The notes under the pieces were generated by a model, which did not search any database, was not told the origin of the DNA, and saw only the letters and a list, made by a program, of their open reading frames with translations. Made by a program: the position numbers and the translations under genes. DNA of 62,746 nucleotides, taken from positions 1 to 62,746 of the IMG/VR virus record IMGVR_UViG_3300044971_000798, one strand, 5' to 3'. The stretch's first letter is position 1. Every line of letters begins with the position of its first letter. This document shows positions 45,564-55,248 of this stretch, one piece after another. Source of the stretch: a virus (taxonomy: Duplodnaviria > Caudoviricetes).

Positions 45564-45746
45564 TTATTTGTGCTTAGTCAGGTCCACGTTAGGGCCAAGC
45601 ACAATCCCACGCGCAGCAAGATACTTATTTAAAGCAGTCTTGCCCGTCGCCTTTGCCGTAACCCAACCTCCCCTTTTAACATTGGAAGATTGCATTACGC
45701 TATAATCAATAGGCCGCTTAGGGAATTTAAGTTTGAGTTGGGCCAT
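45564..45746 (-). CDS. Small basic protein
   Basis: 60 aa; SD AAGGAG. Confidence 0.55.
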   Translation of the reverse strand: MAQLKLKFPKRPIDYSVMQSSNVKRGGWVTAKATGKTALNKYLAARGIVLGPNVDLTKHK

Positions 45747-45748
45747 GG

Positions 45749-46552
45749 TCAGGCTCCTTTCGTCAGGCGGTCAAGCATGGAGGCGAGGTCGTAGGGTTCG
45801 GCGCCCTTGATCAGGCTGGGCGCAGAGGTGCGAAGCGAAGCCTTGTCAGTGGCTGCCGTCTTGAAGGTGCGGTTGCCCGCCCGGTCCACTTCCAAATGCC
45901 AGATGTCAGAGAAGTAGGTCTGCATCTTCTTCGAAAACTTTTCGCCTACGCCGACAGGTACGTCGCGCGCCTTGCCAATGATCTTGCCTTGGTCGTCCTT
46001 CTCACCCGTCTGCATTAGGTGGGTAAGCATGATGACGGTGGCGCCCATCTTGTTGCCAGTCAGGTGATCGAGGATGGCGCCGTAGTATTTGCCCGCCACG
46101 TTGTAGAGGGAGCGCCCGTCCTTCTTGGTTTCGGGGTCCTCCTGCGCGGCCAGCAATAGCAGTTCACCTAGGAAGGTGCCGCTGTCAATGACCACCACAT
46201 CGCGCGGGGTCCAGCTAGTGCAAGCACCTAGGTCCTCGGCACCCGCCACCTTCCACTGCTCCAACATGGAACAGAAGCGCCGCATCTCCGACAGCGCCTG
46301 CTTGCTGGCTTGACCTGACCCGGCAAACAGATTGGTGCCTGTGATCTTGGCGGCGGCGTAAGTGTTAAGATAGACTTCGGCAGCCTTGTCGGTCAGGTAG
46401 GAACCAATGACCCGTGAGTTCTGGTCGAAGTCGTGGATCATCAGACGGTAGCCAGCGTTAGCAAGCTGAGCGAGTGCGCCCGTCTTGCCTGCTGCTGGTT
46501 CGCCACAGATCAGGATGCGGGGTGGCAGTTTCACTTCATTAAACTTGGGCAT
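45749..46552 (-). CDS. AAA ATPase, Sak4-like ssDNA-annealing protein
   Basis: GEPAAGKT, HDFD, VVIDSGT, MLTH. Confidence 0.75.
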   Translation of the reverse strand: MPKFNEVKLPPRILICGEPAAGKTGALAQLANAGYRLMIHDFDQNSRVIGSYLTDKAAEVYLNTYAAAKITGTNLFAGSGQASKQALSEMRRFCSMLEQWKVAGAEDLGACTSWTPRDVVVIDSGTFLGELLLLAAQEDPETKKDGRSLYNVAGKYYGAILDHLTGNKMGATVIMLTHLMQTGEKDDQGKIIGKARDVPVGVGEKFSKKMQTYFSDIWHLEVDRAGNRTFKTAATDKASLRTSAPSLIKGAEPYDLASMLDRLTKGA

Positions 46553-47426
46553 TGAACAGTGTCTCCGATATGGATTGTTTGTTGCGTGGGTCGTACCGCC
46601 ATTGCTGGCAGAACTCAGATACAGGGCACCAGCTTTGGCAGCGCACTGCTTCGCCGGGCCTATGCTCTACATACAGGTTACTTGCCGTACCTGCAAGTGC
46701 CTGCGCTTCGATTGGGTCGTCGAACAGCTTGACTGCACGGATGTTGCCGCGCTTCATGACTGCCCACTTCTCAGGCTTAGTCCAACGATCTTCGTCTGTG
46801 CATAGGGCTGGCACTTCTGCTTGGTGCATAGCTATACGCTGGTTGATGAAGGCGTCAGCTTCTTCTTCTGACCACAGGGGCACGTCCAGCAGTTTGACTT
46901 GGGATTGCGGGTAGTCAGGGCTACGGGCAGCTTCGTTACGTGACCAGTCGCGCAGCACGGCAAGGACTGACATACGATTGACGATCAGGCCCTTCTCCTT
47001 GATAAGCAAACGGCGGTAGGTGTTGGTCTGCTTCTCCCAATCAGAAGGCACGACCCCGCCCTTGACCTTCCAAGCAGACGTAACCTTGAAGTCGAACAGG
47101 TGGCTGTCAGACAGGACCACGTTGTCGATCTGCCCCTTCAGTTTCCAACCACCGTATCCAGAAGTAACGGTCACTTCAGTTAGGACGTTGGGCAGGGCAA
47201 GGCTGGCACGTTCGATGATGGTATGAACTGACTGACCAAGCAAGGACCAGATGCGGTCGCTCACATCTTCAGATAGTTCTTCGTAGTGCTTCAGCTTGAG
47301 GTGCCGTAGCTGGGGCGGCGACAGCAATTCCGTTACGGAAATGTCGGCATCGCCTTTGGTGTAGCTGTCATTCATGATGGCAGCAACGATAGCTTCCGGC
47401 AAGTTGTGGTTGTTGGTTAGCTTCAT
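46539..47426 (-). CDS. PD-(D/E)xK (Cas4/RecB-like) exonuclease
   Basis: ISVTELL...GQSVH...GQID...DFKVT...Q..Y; C-terminal Cys cluster CQSWCPVSEFC. Confidence 0.8.
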   Translation of the reverse strand: MKLTNNHNLPEAIVAAIMNDSYTKGDADISVTELLSPPQLRHLKLKHYEELSEDVSDRIWSLLGQSVHTIIERASLALPNVLTEVTVTSGYGGWKLKGQIDNVVLSDSHLFDFKVTSAWKVKGGVVPSDWEKQTNTYRRLLIKEKGLIVNRMSVLAVLRDWSRNEAARSPDYPQSQVKLLDVPLWSEEEADAFINQRIAMHQAEVPALCTDEDRWTKPEKWAVMKRGNIRAVKLFDDPIEAQALAGTASNLYVEHRPGEAVRCQSWCPVSEFCQQWRYDPRNKQSISETLFNAQV

Positions 47427-47737
47427 AGCTTGGTGTCCAGTAGGTTGGCGGCAAGGGTAGGCGCGGCCTTCTTCTTGCGGGTTGCGGTGTTTGCCTTCTT
47501 AATCTTCGCAGCAGATGCGGCGATTGCGGCATCGTCAGCGCGGGCTTTGCGATTGCGTTCGTTGATCTTCCTAATTTCCACAATCACCTGTTCGAGGTGG
47601 GCATGAGTTAGGTTCTCGGGATCACGGGCAAAGACCTGGGCGCGGGTCAGCTTTTCTAGAGGAGAAGCAGCGCCGCCAGGATTATCATCAGGTGGATTAG
47701 TCGCATCCGTCATATCCATATCTCCGGTTAGGGTCAT
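47423..47737 (-). CDS. Hypothetical protein
   Basis: 104 aa; start uncertain. Confidence 0.55.
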   Translation of the reverse strand: MTLTGDMDMTDATNPPDDNPGGAASPLEKLTRAQVFARDPENLTHAHLEQVIVEIRKINERNRKARADDAAIAASAAKIKKANTATRKKKAAPTLAANLLDTKL

Positions 47738-47738
47738 G

Positions 47739-47768
47739 AGAAGGGGGAGAGCCTAAGCCCTCCCCCAC
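47739..47768 (-). terminator. Terminator-like hairpin after rIIB
   Basis: GGGGGAGGGC-TTAG-GCTCTCCCCC-TTCT on the minus strand. Confidence 0.6.
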
Positions 47769-47775
47769 TGGCGCG

Positions 47776-48585
47776 TTAGTCGTCGTCGCCTTCCTGAAAG
47801 ATGGTCCCCCAGAAGTAGCTGTTTTCTTCCGAGTCATAGATAGGCGATTCGTCTTGGTAGTAGGCTTGGTCCTTGAAGATGTCGGCAGCGCCGGGAATAT
47901 CAAAGACCACCGAATACTTGCAGCACCGGAGCTTTTGATTGTTATAGTCAGACGGCACCGATACTACGTCGCATGGGCGAATCTTGACGGCAACCAGCTT
48001 GTCGCCCCCAGACATGAAGCCCTTAGCATATTCGTAGGCAGCGGCATGGAAGCCGTAGCTACAAGTCTGCTCGCGATTATCGTCAACGTCATGGCGCCAC
48101 ATCTCAAGCGTGACGCCGGGTGAGTTGTCGAACTTGCCAGTGTGCTTGTCCTTGAAGTCGCTAGTCACTGCCTTGTAAGCAAGGAAGCAACCATCTTCGG
48201 TGATAGGAAGGTTTGCGGCTTCCAAGAACAGGAACAATTCGTTGCGGCTAGTCATCGAAGGATTGGACATAAGGTTGTCGAGGAACAGGCAGTAGTGTTC
48301 GACAGGCAAGCCCTCGTTAAAGAACTGGTGCAGCTTGTTGGCAAGGTAGCCAGTAAGCGGGGCGCCGTTGAAGGTGACGCCCTGTTCGTTGACGGACACG
48401 CGCCCCTTGCTGATCGTGTTAAGGTAGGTCTTGACGCTCGCCATTTCAAGGGCAGTGTCGAAGTCCTTGTCCTTGATAGCATCGACCACCGCTTGGAAAT
48501 TCATGTGGGTGGAGTCGATAGTTACCGGACCCTGACCAGCAGGGAACAGGGACACGGAGTTGGAGGTGAGGATGTAAGGGATCAT
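47776..48585 (-). CDS. rIIB: rIIB-like protein
   Basis: NPS...ELFLFL...ITEDGCFLAYKAV...CSYGFH...DVVSVPSDYNNQKLRCCKY. Confidence 0.9.
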   Translation of the reverse strand: MIPYILTSNSVSLFPAGQGPVTIDSTHMNFQAVVDAIKDKDFDTALEMASVKTYLNTISKGRVSVNEQGVTFNGAPLTGYLANKLHQFFNEGLPVEHYCLFLDNLMSNPSMTSRNELFLFLEAANLPITEDGCFLAYKAVTSDFKDKHTGKFDNSPGVTLEMWRHDVDDNREQTCSYGFHAAAYEYAKGFMSGGDKLVAVKIRPCDVVSVPSDYNNQKLRCCKYSVVFDIPGAADIFKDQAYYQDESPIYDSEENSYFWGTIFQEGDDD

Positions 48586-48610
48586 GGGTTTTGTTCCTAG
48601 GTTTGGGTTG

Positions 48611-50761
48611 TTACTTGGAGAGATACTGAAGGATAGCAGGTTCGGACTGGCTAGTCCAGTTTACGAACTGCAACATAGGTCGGGCTGCATAGATAGCATC
48701 CCATGCTTTACGATATTTAGTGGCCAGCGTCAAGCAGTCTGCCTGAATACGCTTAACGACGGCGGGGTCAATGACGCGCAAGCAGTCGTCGTCAAATTCC
48801 GAGTTATGGAAGTAGGTGTCGCGCATCGTATCCTTGTAGGGACGCAACACATCAAGCATTGCGCTTACCTCTGGGATACAATTGCCATAGGTTGCGTCAT
48901 ACAGCTTGAAGAGCTTTGCAACGTCGAAGTTACCGCCACCATGAGCAAGGGAGCCTGCCGTATAAGTAAGCATAGCTTTGCTAAGCAGGTTGAGCGGGGT
49001 GATGCTTGCCACATAGTCAGGCGACAGGAAGAACCAGCCCGCCTTCTCCATGCGCTTGACCAGAGCAGGCGAGTTCTTGATCTTGCTTTCGGACATACCA
49101 AGGTAGCGGTTCGCCGGAGCAAACAGCCCATAGCGAAGCGCCCTTCTATAGAAAACCAATTCGTTAGTGCCTTTCATGGTGCCTTGGCTGAAGGGGATTA
49201 CAACGCCGCCGCCTGTCAAGTCTATGTCCTTCGTAATAATATCCTCGGCTACTAAGACAGGCTGGTTGTTGGTATTGTGTTCGACTTTGACGCCATAGCC
49301 CTGCGTAGTCAGCTTGGTGGTCGGACCCTTGGTAATCTTGGGCGGGTCCTCCAAGGTAGCTAGGTCGATGGGTTCCGGCCAGCCCTTGCTGGCGAGCGTC
49401 TGCTTGAGGGTGTCGAAGGGGACGCCGTTGAACAGTAAGATACGATGGTAAGCGCGAGGGGCGTTAGGGTCGGTGTAGTTGTGGGTAACCTTGCGCGATA
49501 CCTTAGATGATGCCGGAGCATCGGTCCACAAAACCTTCGTATCTTCGTCGGCTGCTGAATGGGTAAGAACTACTTGGCCTGACGTATAGCTTTCGCGCTG
49601 GAAGTTTTTCCAATGTGACCGCTTCATAAACTCCGCAACGGTGTAGGGCATAGGCATATCGACCTTGGTGTCGATGTCAGACTGAAACTCGATATTGTGG
49701 CCGCGCCACTTCAGCTTACCGTGCCTAGCCATATCGCGCATCAAATTGGTGATGCTATTCCTAGGGCCAGCATAAACGTATTGCCGGGCTTCGTAAAGGG
49801 AGGGCTGGTTTGCGAGGTCCTGCTTAGCTGTGTCAATGACTTCACGGGCAACCTCGGCAGCCTTCTTAACTAGGGCCGCTGACGTATTGTTGTCATAGGA
49901 CAACGCTTCGCGGCTGGGGCTGATGCTTAGCGAACCGACAGGCATATTCAAGACGAAGCCTGTGTCTGAGAACAGGGTCGCAACCTCGGGCGGCAGGCCC
50001 TTGATAGCCGAAGTCTGAAGGCGATAGGCAACTAAGCCCATCAAAACATACGAAGCATTGGAGTTAATGATATACCAGTCAGGGATGCCGTTGGTTTCGG
50101 ACGCTGACTTGATAAGCATATCATGCTTCGGGATTGTGCTTAGTAGTTCGGTGCCCTTAGTGCCCGTGAAGGTAGGAAGTTCGGGCCACCAGCAAAAGAA
50201 GTTACGGGCTTCACGTTCCCACCAAGGCAGGTCGCTGCTCTTAGCGGCAACGCTAACTGCTAGGCCCGTTTCGGTGCCACATGGTTCGCTAGATACCACG
50301 TTGACGCGGGGCAGCCCGCCGTCCTTATAGCAAACGTAGGTAGTCTTAGCGCCGCCATGCCATGAGGTGACAGTGAACTGGTCGGCTACTGAGAAGGGCG
50401 ACTTTGAACCTAGGCCGAAGCCCCCAATCAGATCGTTGCTCGTGTCCTTGGTTGATCGGAAGTATGTGGTGTAGAGGGACAGCACATCCTCCCTAGACAG
50501 GCCGGAACCAAAGTCCCGTACCCTGAACTCGGGGTCCGCCCAGGTAGGAATGTGAACCCCTATCTCAGATAGGGGCAGCCCGGCTACCTTGTGGGCGTCG
50601 GCTGCATTGCAAGTTATCTCGCGGATAACAGCCAGGATTTTGTTCTGATACAGGTTACTGGACAGAACCTCGAACGCCTTAGCTGAAGCGGCAATCGTGA
50701 ATGAATTGCCAGCACCAAGGCCCTCGGACTGGATAAGGTCGCGGTCTTGTGTGAGCAACAT
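48611..50761 (-). CDS. rIIA: rIIA-like protein (N-terminal GHKL ATPase)
   Basis: LYQNKILAVIRE..CNAADAH, RDFGSG, STK, GGFGLGSKSPF. Confidence 0.9.
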   Translation of the reverse strand: MLLTQDRDLIQSEGLGAGNSFTIAASAKAFEVLSSNLYQNKILAVIREITCNAADAHKVAGLPLSEIGVHIPTWADPEFRVRDFGSGLSREDVLSLYTTYFRSTKDTSNDLIGGFGLGSKSPFSVADQFTVTSWHGGAKTTYVCYKDGGLPRVNVVSSEPCGTETGLAVSVAAKSSDLPWWEREARNFFCWWPELPTFTGTKGTELLSTIPKHDMLIKSASETNGIPDWYIINSNASYVLMGLVAYRLQTSAIKGLPPEVATLFSDTGFVLNMPVGSLSISPSREALSYDNNTSAALVKKAAEVAREVIDTAKQDLANQPSLYEARQYVYAGPRNSITNLMRDMARHGKLKWRGHNIEFQSDIDTKVDMPMPYTVAEFMKRSHWKNFQRESYTSGQVVLTHSAADEDTKVLWTDAPASSKVSRKVTHNYTDPNAPRAYHRILLFNGVPFDTLKQTLASKGWPEPIDLATLEDPPKITKGPTTKLTTQGYGVKVEHNTNNQPVLVAEDIITKDIDLTGGGVVIPFSQGTMKGTNELVFYRRALRYGLFAPANRYLGMSESKIKNSPALVKRMEKAGWFFLSPDYVASITPLNLLSKAMLTYTAGSLAHGGGNFDVAKLFKLYDATYGNCIPEVSAMLDVLRPYKDTMRDTYFHNSEFDDDCLRVIDPAVVKRIQADCLTLATKYRKAWDAIYAARPMLQFVNWTSQSEPAILQYLSK

Positions 50762-50763
50762 GA

Positions 50764-51012
50764 TTATTTCCCCTTGTGTGTGCGGTTGTAAGCCCAAGCA
50801 TGGGCTTCTTGGAAGGACTCAGCAACACGAACTATCTGCCAAGCATGGGCGCGCCAACCCCCTGTGCTACGGAGGTAGGAAGCTAGGACTTCTGGCTCAC
50901 TGTCCAGATAGTCGTCAGGCCAGGGCATATATGCCCAGACGTTGACAAGGCCGTCGATGCGGCGAGAGAAGTCGAACCCATTGAAATGCTTAGACATTGT
51001 GATTGTCTCCAA
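50764..51012 (-). CDS. Hypothetical protein
   Basis: 82 aa; operon packing. Confidence 0.55.
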   Translation of the reverse strand: METITMSKHFNGFDFSRRIDGLVNVWAYMPWPDDYLDSEPEVLASYLRSTGGWRAHAWQIVRVAESFQEAHAWAYNRTHKGK

Positions 51013-51703
51013 GGAAGGAGGATTGGGGGGACTTGCGAAGCGGACCCTTAGCTTTCAGGCCCACGATGCAAGGGGACGGATCAAGAAACCGGAGGTCGTC
51101 GGCATCGCCGTCGATAACCGGATAGCCAAGCCAAGTCGCGGGCAGCCCGTTCAGGAAGGGAACTGCTACGTTCATGCCATTGGCAAGCGCCTTGCGGCAG
51201 TCGCTTAGGTTGTTGCCCGAGAAGCTGAACGTCAGCTTGTAGTTAGGGGGCAGACCCTTGCGATTAGGAATCTTGGTGTAGTCATAGAAGCCTAGCATGG
51301 ACCACCGCTGGGGTATGCCATGTCGCTCCCACCTAATGTCGGACAGGATGTTCAAGCGCAGCACCGCTTCCATGTCCAGGGCCTGGGCGTTGCGATGGAA
51401 CTGATAAATGTCAGAGTTGAGAAGGTCAAAGAAAGCAGGGCGATCCTCAAAATACATGAGGGTTCGCCGGATACGAGCGTCCTTGACCTTCTGCATAGCA
51501 CCACGACCAGCGAAGAAAAGGCAGGCCGCGCTACATTCGGTGCTGTGATTAGCGCAGGTATTGTGACCAGATTCCCAAGCCGGAGCAAGAGAAAGGCCCG
51601 CCGTAGCGAAGCCCCTCTCCATGCCCTTGATAATCTTAGGATTGCCTACCGTCAGCATACTCACATTGCGAGAAAGCTGATAGACAAGCTGGGTTGTATT
51701 CAC
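50990..51703 (-). CDS. GP88-like Cys-cluster phage protein
   Basis: C......C...CL..AGRG, RLNILSD, FYDYTK, LTFSFS, DLRFLD, GLKAKG. Confidence 0.75.
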   Translation of the reverse strand: MNTTQLVYQLSRNVSMLTVGNPKIIKGMERGFATAGLSLAPAWESGHNTCANHSTECSAACLFFAGRGAMQKVKDARIRRTLMYFEDRPAFFDLLNSDIYQFHRNAQALDMEAVLRLNILSDIRWERHGIPQRWSMLGFYDYTKIPNRKGLPPNYKLTFSFSGNNLSDCRKALANGMNVAVPFLNGLPATWLGYPVIDGDADDLRFLDPSPCIVGLKAKGPLRKSPQSSFLGDNHNV

Positions 51704-51963
51704 TTGCGGATTCCTATGAAGCGAGCGCGCTCAATCAGGGCGAGGAGGTCATGATGAAACGCCTCTAGTTCAGGGTTGATGTCGTAGTGCTTGGCCCATT
51801 CCTCGCTACCAGAGGGCAGACCTTCACCTAGCCTGTCATAATCAGCATTGATCATGGCGCCCACCGTAGCGGCATCTTCCATAGCTTCTTCAATGTCCCA
51901 CCTAGCTTTGGGCCAGTTAACATACTCGGGTTCACGGATTTCCGGCATTGTCATTCCTCCCAT
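51700..51963 (-). CDS. Hypothetical protein
   Basis: 87 aa; early-gene array. Confidence 0.55.
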   Translation of the reverse strand: MGGMTMPEIREPEYVNWPKARWDIEEAMEDAATVGAMINADYDRLGEGLPSGSEEWAKHYDINPELEAFHHDLLALIERARFIGIRK

Positions 51964-52304
51964 TCGATCTTAATCGTTGCAACAGCGCCATTACCAACAG
52001 TTTCAGCTTGTTCCTCAGTAGGGTATAGCACACCGACTGAGGCTTCACCAAGGGTTGACCTGTATATATTGACCCATCCCTTCCGCTTCACCTTCACGTT
52101 GCGGATTTTTACACTGATATACCTGTTAGTTCCTTGAACATTATAATAATGCAGGCTGCTTTCGCCCATCCTTTCTACTTGCACAATCACCTGAAGTTCG
52201 CCGGATGATAGTAGGTAATCCCTTGATATGACCCGCGCCGGAAACCCTTCCGTGGTTTCGATAGGCTTGTCCCAATCAATAGGCTTGTCCCAATCAATTG
52301 CCAT
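51951..52304 (-). CDS. Hypothetical protein
   Basis: 117 aa; SD AGGAG; duplicated IDWDKP. Confidence 0.65.
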   Translation of the reverse strand: MAIDWDKPIDWDKPIETTEGFPARVISRDYLLSSGELQVIVQVERMGESSLHYYNVQGTNRYISVKIRNVKVKRKGWVNIYRSTLGEASVGVLYPTEEQAETVGNGAVATIKIEWEE

Positions 52305-52314
52305 GACTTTTCTC

Positions 52315-52503
52315 CTACAGTTGACCTAGATACTTGACGACCGGATTGCGGCAGCCAGCCTTAGCATAGGCTTCAGCGGCTTCCATCGACTCATGGTAGT
52401 TAGCCAGTTCCCACTTGGTTGTCCAGAAGGGGAGCCACCACCGCCACACTTGCACTTGATACCAGCTTTTGTAGCGGATGATCCTATAGTAGGGCTTCAA
52501 CAT
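52315..52503 (-). CDS. Trp-rich hypothetical protein
   Basis: MLKPYYRII...QVWRWWLPFW; SD GGAGG. Confidence 0.6.
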   Translation of the reverse strand: MLKPYYRIIRYKSWYQVQVWRWWLPFWTTKWELANYHESMEAAEAYAKAGCRNPVVKYLGQL

Positions 52504-52600
52504 TACCAAATCCTCCAGAGTTTGCGGCCCCACCGTAGGTAGAGCCAACCAAGAGCGCCCTGGCTAATCCGGGGAACCCAAAAGAACGGACGTTCAGGCA

Positions 52601-53005
52601 TCACTTCACCCTAGTGACGAAGATGCCCGGCTTATCATTACGCAAGCCGCGCTTAGTGCTAACCTGAATGTCCTGACCACGTTCACGAAGGCGAACCGCC
52701 GTGTTCATGAAAATCTTAGACACGCGCCGCTGATCCTTAGCCTTATAGAACTTGGTGCTGCCAAGGCGCATAGCCATGATAAACTCGGCAATGCGGTGCT
52801 GCTCTGAAGTAGGGCGGAAGAACGGGGTCTTAACCTCGGCACTCTGCTCAGGCATAGCAAACAATTCCGCCTGGGGTTCAGCCAAAGGGGTGATGATGGT
52901 GCGGGGCTTAGCTTCTGAAGCCTGCTTCTTCGCCATCTCGGGCAGCTTGTCGAGGGGAATGTCCAGCTTAAGGGAGCCAAGGGTGATGGTAAGGATGTTA
53001 GACAT
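52601..53005 (-). CDS. Hypothetical protein (possibly DNA-binding)
   Basis: 134 aa; basic C-terminal domain; SD GGAG. Confidence 0.6.
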   Translation of the reverse strand: MSNILTITLGSLKLDIPLDKLPEMAKKQASEAKPRTIITPLAEPQAELFAMPEQSAEVKTPFFRPTSEQHRIAEFIMAMRLGSTKFYKAKDQRRVSKIFMNTAVRLRERGQDIQVSTKRGLRNDKPGIFVTRVK

Positions 53006-53110
53006 AGGTGCTTCTCCATTGAAGCGGTTAGGATATGCAGCGGATGCTGCCAGAACCAGCCATCATGACTAGTTCTGGAAGCACCCCACCGTAAGGCAGG
53101 GTGTCCTACG

Positions 53111-53296
53111 TTAGGCAGCCTCCTCGGCAAGATCATAGTAAGGATAGACCCCCTTACCACGGGTTTGAAGGCTGAGCAAGGTGCGATCAGCGACCGCCCT
53201 AGCTTCCCAAATGGACGCAACCACGATGGGCTGCTGCTGCTCAATCATGTTACCCCACTTGTTAGCGAGGTAGAAGGACGCGGTGAACCGCTTCAT
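53111..53296 (-). CDS. Early hypothetical protein
   Basis: 61 aa; preceded by a conserved linker. Confidence 0.6.
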   Translation of the reverse strand: MKRFTASFYLANKWGNMIEQQQPIVVASIWEARAVADRTLLSLQTRGKGVYPYYDLAEEAA

Positions 53297-53299
53297 GGC

Positions 53300-53623
53300 T
53301 TAGGCTCCTTGTGAAAGGGGTTTGCGAATGATGAGGCTGACGGGGACGCGATCTTGTTTAGACCAGCCTTCATCCCACTTGCGGTTCCTTTCTATAACGG
53401 CATCGACCGCGTCTTGATCTTCTAGGGGTCCACGAAGGGACCTGCTCCAGCGATCCCCGCAGCAGGGGCAATCCATATTCTCATCGACACCATCGAAGTA
53501 AAGACCATTGGCTTCAGCAATGGTGTCAGCTTCCTCGTGACTTGAAGCTTCGATAAATACATTCAAGGCGGGTTCCATAAAAACCCCACCTGAATTGTTC
53601 TGATCGTAGTGATAGAAGGGCAT
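53300..53623 (-). CDS. Conserved early phage protein
   Basis: FYHYDQNNSGG.F...IEA...YFDGV....DCPCCGDRW. Confidence 0.75.
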   Translation of the reverse strand: MPFYHYDQNNSGGVFMEPALNVFIEASSHEEADTIAEANGLYFDGVDENMDCPCCGDRWSRSLRGPLEDQDAVDAVIERNRKWDEGWSKQDRVPVSLIIRKPLSQGA

Positions 53624-53626
53624 GGC

Positions 53627-53848
53627 TTAGGCTCCTTGTTTGGCTAGGAAGTCGGCAGCTTCGACCAGCTTTTTGGCTAGGTCGCGTAGCTGTTGGGCGG
53701 TGAAGTAGATGCAGGGCGCTGCGTCTGCCGTTACCATTTCAATCTCAATTGAGAAAGTGTTATCGAATTGCGGTGCATAGATAGAGGCACCACGATAACC
53801 TAGGTGAAGGAGGTCGCCGTCGATGTCCTTAAAGGCGATGGGTTCCAT
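53627..53848 (-). CDS. Early hypothetical protein
   Basis: 73 aa; SD AGGAGG. Confidence 0.6.
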   Translation of the reverse strand: MEPIAFKDIDGDLLHLGYRGASIYAPQFDNTFSIEIEMVTADAAPCIYFTAQQLRDLAKKLVEAADFLAKQGA

Positions 53849-53851
53849 GGA

Positions 53852-54118
53852 TTAGTCCTCCTGCGGAAGGGCGGCAATCCTAGACATAATAGCAAGGACT
53901 TGATCGGGGGTCTGGTAGCCTATCACGTCATCGTGTTCGCCTAGCTTGACCCATTCACCGCCGTGGCTCTTGAACGCTGCTACTTCAGCATTAGCTGACT
54001 TAGCGCCGTCCTTGCCATGGCGGTTGGCACAGTAGTTTCCGTGTCCGAATTGAACAGAAACTGTATAGCCGTTGGCAAAGAGCATCTTAAAGCCCTTGCC
54101 CATTGTGATGTTGAACAT
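53852..54118 (-). CDS. Conserved early phage protein
   Basis: FANGYTVSVQFG.GNYC...AEVA...DDVIGYQTP; SD AGGAGG. Confidence 0.7.
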   Translation of the reverse strand: MFNITMGKGFKMLFANGYTVSVQFGHGNYCANRHGKDGAKSANAEVAAFKSHGGEWVKLGEHDDVIGYQTPDQVLAIMSRIAALPQED

Positions 54119-54122
54119 GAGA

Positions 54123-54386
54123 TTAGTCCTCCTCGGCAAAGTCGGCAGCTAGGCGCATACGTCTAGCTTCGTTGATTTCGTATTGTCCATCATTAGCGTC
54201 AGAGTCACGCTCTTCTAGATAGGCTTTAATGGATGAGAGGGCATAGTCAATGCGATGCTTGGCTACATTAACGAATAGCGGCTCTTCTCTAAGCGCGTCT
54301 TTGGCATCGCTCAGTAGATCCGTAAGGCGTCTCAAGAGCTTGGTTTCGTCGATCATGTGCATGAACAATTCAGCATTCATGGGCAT
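54123..54386 (-). CDS. First early protein
   Basis: 87 aa; SD AGGAG. Confidence 0.6.
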   Translation of the reverse strand: MPMNAELFMHMIDETKLLRRLTDLLSDAKDALREEPLFVNVAKHRIDYALSSIKAYLEERDSDANDGQYEINEARRMRLAADFAEED

Positions 54387-54666
54387 AGGTCAGCACTCCT
54401 GCTAACTAGAACAGTCAGGCACGATTGCACGGCTGTTCTAGGTAACAGGGAATAGGCCCGCAGTCATAGACTACAGGTTCTTCCCTATCGGATTATGGCT
54501 AAATTCGCTCTTTATTGGGCTGTTGCCAAGATGTCTCGACGGCTGCGAGGATACTGCCACATATCCTATTCGCTACATTTACACCCAGCGCATTTTAATG
54601 ATGGGTCCACCGCAAAGATAATCTTATCTGCACCTCTCGACCGGGCAGATCGGGGTGACGGCCAGA

Positions 54667-54695
54667 ACCATAGACCGGATCGGCGAACGTGTCAA
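54667..54695 (-). promoter_or_regulatory. Early leftward sigma70 promoter
   Basis: Minus strand TTGACA-17-TATGGT with an upstream A-tract. Confidence 0.7.
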
Positions 54696-54817
54696 GCGAA
54701 TTTTTTTCGGCAGCGATTTCAACGGCTTGTGGGTCGATCCTCATGCGGTTTGTGAAGTTGCCGACTGGCAATCATTGCGATCCGGCAAGCAGCCTTCCGT
54801 GTAAATAGACCTAGGGC

Positions 54818-54846
54818 TTGATTTACTGACTAGCCTAAGTTACTAT
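54818..54846 (+). promoter_or_regulatory. Promoter pointing into origin-like element A
   Basis: TTGATT-17-TACTAT; no downstream ORF. Confidence 0.45.
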
Positions 54847-54892
54847 GTAGTCTAGTGCTATACTGCCAATACTCCGCGCCCCTGCCTAGCTT

Positions 54893-55126
54893 GGTGAGGG
54901 GGCTAAATAGATTCTCACCAGAGAAGCCAATGAAATCAATAACTTACAAGCCCAGGTGAGGGAGTGAGAATGGTGAGCAGCTAACTTCCAGATTAGGAAA
55001 AGAAGCTATATAATATAATAGAAGTTTGCCCCGACCCACGCTCACTTTCTCACCCGCGCCCACTTTCCCAATGATTTCAGTAGCTTAGCTAGTGAAGGTT
55101 TACGAATGACACTCACCCTCTCTCAC
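54893..55126. other. Origin-like element A
   Basis: GTGAG x3, TATATAATATAATA core, CTCAC x2-3; IHF-consensus site 54934-46 and near-consensus site 55075-87. Confidence 0.7.
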
Positions 55127-55153
55127 TCTAACTCTGCCCTAGCTCTAGCCTAG

Positions 55154-55248
<95 letters not shown>

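Noticed and set aside
46539-47426. Cas4 / CRISPR adaptation gene
   Set aside because: Its context (Sak4-like ATPase, SSB-like gene) indicates a recombination exonuclease.
54495-54755. 86-aa + strand ORF
   Set aside because: It is antisense to the early leader and promoter, with no SD and no recognisable protein features.
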